DNA from: Bacteroidaceae bacterium
Lineage (GTDB): Bacteria > Bacillota_I > Bacilli_A > RFN20 > CAG-826
DNA length: 64,000 bases
Assembly (NCBI GenBank): GCA_963624045.1
Contig: CAVFNI010000003.1
Coordinates: 41,022-105,021, forward strand
Direction of reading: 5' to 3'
Positions 58,855 to 64,000 of the stretch are shown here, one piece after another (positions within the stretch are counted from its first letter, which is position 1; each line of letters opens with the position of its first letter). The notes beneath the pieces were generated by a model. That model did no database searches. It was given only the letters and a program-made list of their open reading frames with translations, and was not told where the DNA came from. A program made the position numbers and the translations under genes.

Positions 58855-61074
58855 TTAATGGGTGAGCCGGACGGTATCATAAACGCCTTTGACTTGATGG
58901 AGTTCTAAGAAGATATTATCAAGGGTTTGGGCGTCTGGCACGTAGATAGTAAGGTTAACGATGTCATTCATCGACGCTTCGATGAGATGACATTTAAGGT
59001 CGGTCACCGAGATGCCTTTCGCGCTCAGGCAATTTAGAAGGTCGGCTAAGAGGTTAGGCCTATCGTTGGCGTACACCGAGATGGAGACGGGGTAGCTGCT
59101 CACGCCCAAATCGGGGTTCCAAGAGACGGGAATGAGGCGTTTGGCGTTGGCGGCGACATTCGGGCAACTGCGGCGATGAACGATGATGCCTTTGCCCTTG
59201 CTTACGTAACCTACGATATCGTCGCCCGGTATCGGCGAGCAGCATTTAGCCAACGAAGTGGCCAAATTGTCGGCTCCTTCGACGATGATTGGCTCTTTGG
59301 ATTCGTGACGAATGTTCCTCCGTTCGTAAATGAGGGGGGAATTTTGCTTTTTTCTTAACCCCAAGAAATCGATAACAGCAAGGGGCGTGGGGTTTTTGCT
59401 GGCCACCGATTCGTAGAATGTATCCATATCGGGAGCGGTGAATTCGGTCAATATCCGCGGATCGCTTAGGTATTTGTCCATTTCTCCGACCCCCATCCCC
59501 TGCGCTTCGAAGGCGTCGATGAGGCTTTGGCGGCCGCGGGCGATCGTCTCCTCACGGATGAAGACGTTCTTTTTCTGGAGTGCTTTGCGGATGCGGGCCT
59601 TGGCGCTGGCGGTTTTGGCGATTTCTAGCCACGAATCATTCGGCCCTTTGGCTGTTTTTGAAGTGCGTATCTCGCATACGTCCCCGGTTTTTAAGACGGT
59701 TCCTAGCGGCACTAGGGCGCCGTTGACGATGGCGCCGACGGCGCTTTCGCCGACTTTGGTGTGGATTTTGTAGGCGAAATCCAAGGTGGTGGCGCCACTA
59801 GGGAGGTCGATGACCTTGCCTAAGGGCGTGAAAACGTAGACGTTGGCATTGAAGACGTCTTGCTCGAGAGCGGCCATATAAGCCTTGGCATCTTCTTCCC
59901 CTTGATCGCCCGAAATGCTCACGAAATCGCGGAACCAATGGAGTTTTTCCTCGATGTCGCGCTGCTCTTCACGGGCATTATAATGCTCCCCTTCTTTGTA
60001 GCGCCAATGGGCGGCGATGCCGCTTTCGGCGACGCTATCCATCTCTTTGGTGCGGATCTGCACTTCATAAATGTTGCCGTCCCCCGAGACGATCGTCGTA
60101 TGCAAGGACTGATACATGTTGGGCTTAGGCATGGCGATATAGTCTTTGAAGCGCCCGGGCACCGGTTTATAGGTGGCGTGGACGATCCCCAATATCTCAT
60201 AGCAATTGATGACGGTTTCGGTGATGACGCGCACCGCTAAAACATCGTATATTTCGTCGAAATTGTAATGTTTTAGATACATTTTGCGGTAAATGCTATA
60301 GATGCTTTTGACCCGCGATTCCATCTTAAAAGGGATATGGTGCTCGAACAAGATGTCGGCGATGCGTTTCTTTAAGGCATTCAAAGATCCCTGGCGATTT
60401 TCCTCGCGGGCGTTCATCAAAGCGAGGATCTCGTTATATTTTTCCGGTTCGAGGTATTTGATGGAAAGGTCTTCCATCTCGCTTTGGAAACGATAGATAC
60501 CCAAGCGATGGGCGATGGGCGTGAAGACATCGAGGGTTTCTTTGGCTAAAGCCTTCTGACGTTCGGGCGGCAAAGCGGCCAAAGTCCTAAGGTTATGAAG
60601 GCGATCGGCCAATTTGACGAGGATAACTCGGATGTCGCGAGCCATGCCTAAGAATATTTTGCGGTGATCTTCCGCTTCAAAATCGCTTTCGGTGCGATGG
60701 GAAAGCTTCATCCTTTGGATTTTGGTGAGGGAATCGACGATCATGCCGACGTCTTTGCCGAATTGATTTTCGACGTCTTCAATCGTGAGGTCGGTATCTT
60801 CGACGGTGTCGTGGAGAAGGCCGGCGGTGATCGTTTCGGGCCCTCCTTGGATTTGGGCGAGGATATAAGCCACTTCGATAGGGTGATGGATATATGGCTC
60901 ACCGCTTTTGCGTAAGGCACCGGCATGCTTTTCGGCGGCCAAATGATATGCGTCTTCGATCATTTGGCGGTCTTTGGGGTTTTTGATGTAGGTGCAATAA
61001 AGTTCGCGAAGATCCTCGAAAGTGTGGATGGGATAGCCGCCGTTCCAAGGTAATTTTTCCTGCTTCTCTTCCAT
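58855..61074 (-). CDS. relA: Bifunctional (p)ppGpp synthetase/hydrolase (RelA/SpoT homologue)
   Basis: 739 aa with an HD hydrolase domain (HPIEVA ... LHDTVEDT), a synthetase domain (YQSLHTT), and TGS and ACT domains. Confidence 0.95.
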   Translation of the reverse strand: MEEKQEKLPWNGGYPIHTFEDLRELYCTYIKNPKDRQMIEDAYHLAAEKHAGALRKSGEPYIHHPIEVAYILAQIQGGPETITAGLLHDTVEDTDLTIEDVENQFGKDVGMIVDSLTKIQRMKLSHRTESDFEAEDHRKIFLGMARDIRVILVKLADRLHNLRTLAALPPERQKALAKETLDVFTPIAHRLGIYRFQSEMEDLSIKYLEPEKYNEILALMNAREENRQGSLNALKKRIADILFEHHIPFKMESRVKSIYSIYRKMYLKHYNFDEIYDVLAVRVITETVINCYEILGIVHATYKPVPGRFKDYIAMPKPNMYQSLHTTIVSGDGNIYEVQIRTKEMDSVAESGIAAHWRYKEGEHYNAREEQRDIEEKLHWFRDFVSISGDQGEEDAKAYMAALEQDVFNANVYVFTPLGKVIDLPSGATTLDFAYKIHTKVGESAVGAIVNGALVPLGTVLKTGDVCEIRTSKTAKGPNDSWLEIAKTASAKARIRKALQKKNVFIREETIARGRQSLIDAFEAQGMGVGEMDKYLSDPRILTEFTAPDMDTFYESVASKNPTPLAVIDFLGLRKKQNSPLIYERRNIRHESKEPIIVEGADNLATSLAKCCSPIPGDDIVGYVSKGKGIIVHRRSCPNVAANAKRLIPVSWNPDLGVSSYPVSISVYANDRPNLLADLLNCLSAKGISVTDLKCHLIEASMNDIVNLTIYVPDAQTLDNIFLELHQVKGVYDTVRLTH

Positions 61075-61115
61075 AATGCCTTAATTATACGCCTGCGCGA
61101 GCGCGTTTGTTTCGC

Positions 61116-62660
61116 TTAAAGCGCTTTCGTGACGATTAGTTGGATGCTTTTTTGTCCTCGATATTCGTTTTCCTTCATTTCTCCGATGAAGGACACCTTC
61201 TCCCCTAAAGCGAAAGAGTCGCGCCCCAAAGAAAAGGAAAGGAGACGGTATTGGCCGTATGGCGAAGAAAGATAAGCCCCTCCTTTAAGATAGGAAAAAA
61301 GGCGGGAATCAAGCTCCTCCAAGGCGAAGCGCGGCGCTTTCCACCCCTCCCCAAAGGGAGCGAATGTTCTATAGAAATCGTAGGTTTCTTGGGTAGCTTC
61401 GTTTCGGGAGAGGGAAATCGTCCTCTCTTTAGGCACGATGATTTTCGTTTGGCTAAAAACCGAGGAAAATTCGCGTTTAAAGGCAGGAAAAGAAGAGACC
61501 AAGATACTACATCCGGCCGCTTTCGGATGGCCGCCGAGGGTTAGGAAATCGACGTTCATATGTCGCATTGCGCTAATTACGTCGAACCCATCGACGCTTC
61601 TTAACGATCCAACAAGGACGTTATCATCCCTTTCCTTATATCCGAAGACGGCTACGGGCTTATGGAAAGAGGAAAGTAGTCGCGAAGCCAAAAGCCCGTT
61701 TAGACCTTCAGGAAGGTTGCTACAGACGGCAATCGTTGGCTCTTTATCGTCGATAAGAAGCGTTTCGACGGCGTCTTTGGTCAGTTTCTTTCTTTTTTCG
61801 TTGGTTTCGTTAAGGTATTGGGCCAGAGACGGAATTTGCTCGTCGTGACGGGTAAAATAAGATAATAAGCGATTTATTTGCGGGCCTTTCTCGATGCGGC
61901 CGACAGCATTGATTTTGGGAATGATATCGAACTGGATGGTCGTCTCGTCGAGCGGGTATTTGTCGATCAAGTGTCGGAATTCGGGGTAACGCTCCTCGTT
62001 CATCGTCATGATCGTCAGTCTTACCAAATCGCGGTTCTCTCTTATTAAAGGCATGCTGTCGCTCAAGGTGCTAAGACCCGCTAAAACAAGCAAATACGGG
62101 TCATAATGGCCTAGCAGCGATTCGCTAAAAAGGAAAGAGAGGAAGCCGGCGCTAACGGGGACGCTTAGGCTTTTGCATCTTGAGGAGTGAATCAAATATT
62201 GCGTTTCAGGCGGGACGTCATCGAATTCGTGATGGTCGAGGACAATCGTTTCTAGCCCTTTTGCCTTTGCTTCCTTCAAAGCTTCGTGGGCCGTGACGCC
62301 GTTATCCGTCGTGAAAATGATATGGAAGCCTTTAGCGGCGATTTTATCGACGTTTTCCTTGGTGAGGCCATATCCATCGAGGTAGCGGGAAGGAAGGTAG
62401 CCTTCCGCTTTTATGCCGCTTTCTCTTAACGCTAAAAGCAAAATGGAGGAGCTCATCACCCCATCGCAATCATAATCGCCGTAAATGAGGACTTTCTCCC
62501 CTCTTTCTTTGGCTAAAAGGAGACGGGCGATGGTTTTCTTGACGTTTTCGTCGTCTTTAATCGACGGCAAAGATGAAAAAGTAAGAGGAGAGACCAATTT
62601 GGCATAGCTCTCCTCATCCAAAGAGAAATATTCGAAGAATTTTTCGCGGATGTCCATCAA
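61116..62660 (-). CDS. recJ: Single-stranded-DNA-specific exonuclease RecJ (short form)
   Basis: 514 aa with DHH-family motifs (YGDYDCDGV, TTDNG, VLDHHE) and DHHA1 (GGHPKAAG). Confidence 0.88.
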   Translation of the reverse strand: MMDIREKFFEYFSLDEESYAKLVSPLTFSSLPSIKDDENVKKTIARLLLAKERGEKVLIYGDYDCDGVMSSSILLLALRESGIKAEGYLPSRYLDGYGLTKENVDKIAAKGFHIIFTTDNGVTAHEALKEAKAKGLETIVLDHHEFDDVPPETQYLIHSSRCKSLSVPVSAGFLSFLFSESLLGHYDPYLLVLAGLSTLSDSMPLIRENRDLVRLTIMTMNEERYPEFRHLIDKYPLDETTIQFDIIPKINAVGRIEKGPQINRLLSYFTRHDEQIPSLAQYLNETNEKRKKLTKDAVETLLIDDKEPTIAVCSNLPEGLNGLLASRLLSSFHKPVAVFGYKERDDNVLVGSLRSVDGFDVISAMRHMNVDFLTLGGHPKAAGCSILVSSFPAFKREFSSVFSQTKIIVPKERTISLSRNEATQETYDFYRTFAPFGEGWKAPRFALEELDSRLFSYLKGGAYLSSPYGQYRLLSFSLGRDSFALGEKVSFIGEMKENEYRGQKSIQLIVTKAL

Positions 62661-64000
62661 TCGTTGATGCCGATGAAGATGGCCTCTTCTGGCTCGGCGC
62701 GGCGGCGGGTTGAAGGAAGGTTGCCGCTATTGGGCTTGCTTTCCTTGTTCTTTTTACGGCTTTCTTCGATGGAGGTCTTAGCTAAGCGTAGCCATTTCGA
62801 TAATAACGTCGATAAAGGCGTCAAAGCGCATAGCGATAAGAAGGTAACGAACAATAAACCGACGATCGCTCCTAAGAAAATCGGATAATAGGTGATGGGT
62901 CCTAAAGCCATGAAGGATAGGAGGAGTCCGAAGACGATTATCGCGAAGACGATCAAATCGCCGGCCGCTTCGCTATTGGCGCGCAACAAGCAAGCATCGC
63001 GGAAGGCGGCGCTTTCCTTTTCGTGTTCGCGGCTTTCTTTACGGATTTCCTTTTCTTTGTTAAGGATATAAGAAGATAAGAGAAGAGCGACGAAGAAAAC
63101 GGTTATCAAAGCGATGTTTGCAACCGGTGTTATGGCAAGACGCGTCAAGGAATATAGCCCGGCGACGAAGACGCTTGAGCCCAAAGAAATCAAGGATGCG
63201 GCCAAAGCGCGCGATGGGCGATGACGCAAGAAGAGATAAGCGAGGCTAGCTAAAGAAGCCACGCCTAAAGAAAGGTAAATCGTTCCTAACGTCGGGACGC
63301 CAGCCTGGACGGTGACGTTGTTGGCCACGCCCGTTTCCATGCCGCAATCATCGGCCAATTTGGCGATGACGTTGGTCAACAAATCGGTTTCGTTAACGCC
63401 GTTAACGACGAAGGCATAATCGGTATCAGGGGCGAAATAGCGGTTCAAATCGATATGGAAATAATAGACGGTGTAGGCTTCTTGCTCGCCGCTTATGGTA
63501 TCGCTATCGTAAATTGTCGCCGATTCGACGATGATGCCGTCTTCTTTGACGTATTCATCGAAGGTCTTTTCCTCAAAGGAGAGCAAAGGGAGGAATTTTG
63601 TTTCGATATCCTCGACTTTGGAGAATTCGGCGGTGCTTTGGCCTTCGCGGATACGGTATTCTAAGGAAATCGAGGTGGTGTCGTCGTAGGCGTCCGCATA
63701 ATTGTAGCCGCTACCTAAGCCGCTCCAAACCGAAACGCCGAGGGCGGAAGCGAGAAGCAACGCCCCTGCCACGATTCCAAAAATCGTTTTATGCTTGGTG
63801 AAATCGGTTTTGGCATAGGGGCCAAAGTAGGTTTGCTTTTCTTCTTTCAAAGCGTTGGGTATTTTTTTGGTATCGACGCCATAAAGGGAGGAAAGATGGG
63901 CTTCCGTTTGGTTGTCGTTGGCTAGCAAATATCCTTCCAAACGGAGCAAAAGGATGTTGGCTAAGGTGCCAAAGAAGCTCGATAAGATGAGGCTAAGTCC
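62657..64000 (-). CDS. secDF: Protein translocase subunit SecDF (SecF part complete; N-terminus outside the window)
   Basis: The frame stays open upstream of the listed TTG at 63949 to the window edge (GLSLILSSFFGTLANILLL...). It has a SecF-like start (DFTKHKTIFGIVAGALLLASALG) and C-terminal multi-pass region. It lies in the secDF-recJ-relA order as in Bacillus. Confidence 0.7.
   Translation of the reverse strand, partial: GLSLILSSFFGTLANILLLRLEGYLLANDNQTEAHLSSLYGVDTKKIPNALKEEKQTYFGPYAKTDFTKHKTIFGIVAGALLLASALGVSVWSGLGSGYNYADAYDDTTSISLEYRIREGQSTAEFSKVEDIETKFLPLLSFEEKTFDEYVKEDGIIVESATIYDSDTISGEQEAYTVYYFHIDLNRYFAPDTDYAFVVNGVNETDLLTNVIAKLADDCGMETGVANNVTVQAGVPTLGTIYLSLGVASLASLAYLFLRHRPSRALAASLISLGSSVFVAGLYSLTRLAITPVANIALITVFFVALLLSSYILNKEKEIRKESREHEKESAAFRDACLLRANSEAAGDLIVFAIIVFGLLLSFMALGPITYYPIFLGAIVGLLFVTFLSLCALTPLSTLLSKWLRLAKTSIEESRKKNKESKPNSGNLPSTRRRAEPEEAIFIGIND

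Overview
The window reads as chromosomal DNA from a streamlined Bacillota-type genome, possibly Erysipelotrichia- or Acholeplasma-like; that lineage guess is inference from gene order only. The standard genetic code applies: TGA terminates rsmE at 14103-14105, and full-length proteins come out with code 11. About 60 tightly packed housekeeping genes, many translationally coupled, follow the conserved Bacillus yqe/yqf-type orders. These are fmt / helicase / lepA / hemW / hrcA-grpE-dnaK-dnaJ / rsmE / mtaB; rpsU / ybeY-cdd-era-recO-glyQS-dnaG-sigA / trmK-nif3; plsY<>parE-parC; and yqeG-yqeH-yhbY-nadD/yqeK-rsfS. On the minus strand lie an ABC permease and binding protein, then deoB, xerD, dinB, dxs, xseB, xseA, nusB, asp23, tkt, aspS, hisS, relA, recJ and secDF. 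By eye I recognised no rRNA, tRNA, CRISPR array, transposase or prophage gene. The strongest structural signal is a coding-strand switch. By my count, 40 of 44 CDS left of 43.7 kb are on the + strand, and all 16 CDS right of 44.3 kb are on the - strand. The two blocks converge on a roughly 600-bp, visibly AT-rich, ORF-poor gap. That gap holds a 28-bp dif-like XerCD site at 43970-43997, and a XerD-like recombinase lies 3.4 kb away, so the window most likely spans the replication terminus. Other items that break the conserved synteny or domain architecture are listed below.
- A PD-(D/E)XK nuclease fused to an XPD/DinG-type Fe-S helicase.
- A catalytically degenerate Fic-like protein plus a small acidic membrane protein, inserted between lepA and hemW and possibly leaderless.
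- A C39-peptidase/transmembrane protein with no ATPase domain, between rpsU and ybeY.
- A second full-length sigma-70 paralogue coupled to sigA.
- A NadD-YqeK fusion.
- An ABC permease and lipoprotein pair with no ATPase gene.
- Dual CIRCE operators at hrcA.
- A short AT-rich motif (AACTACTAAATAA and relatives) recurring in intergenic gaps.
All functional calls come from motif recognition and synteny by eye. No database search was run.
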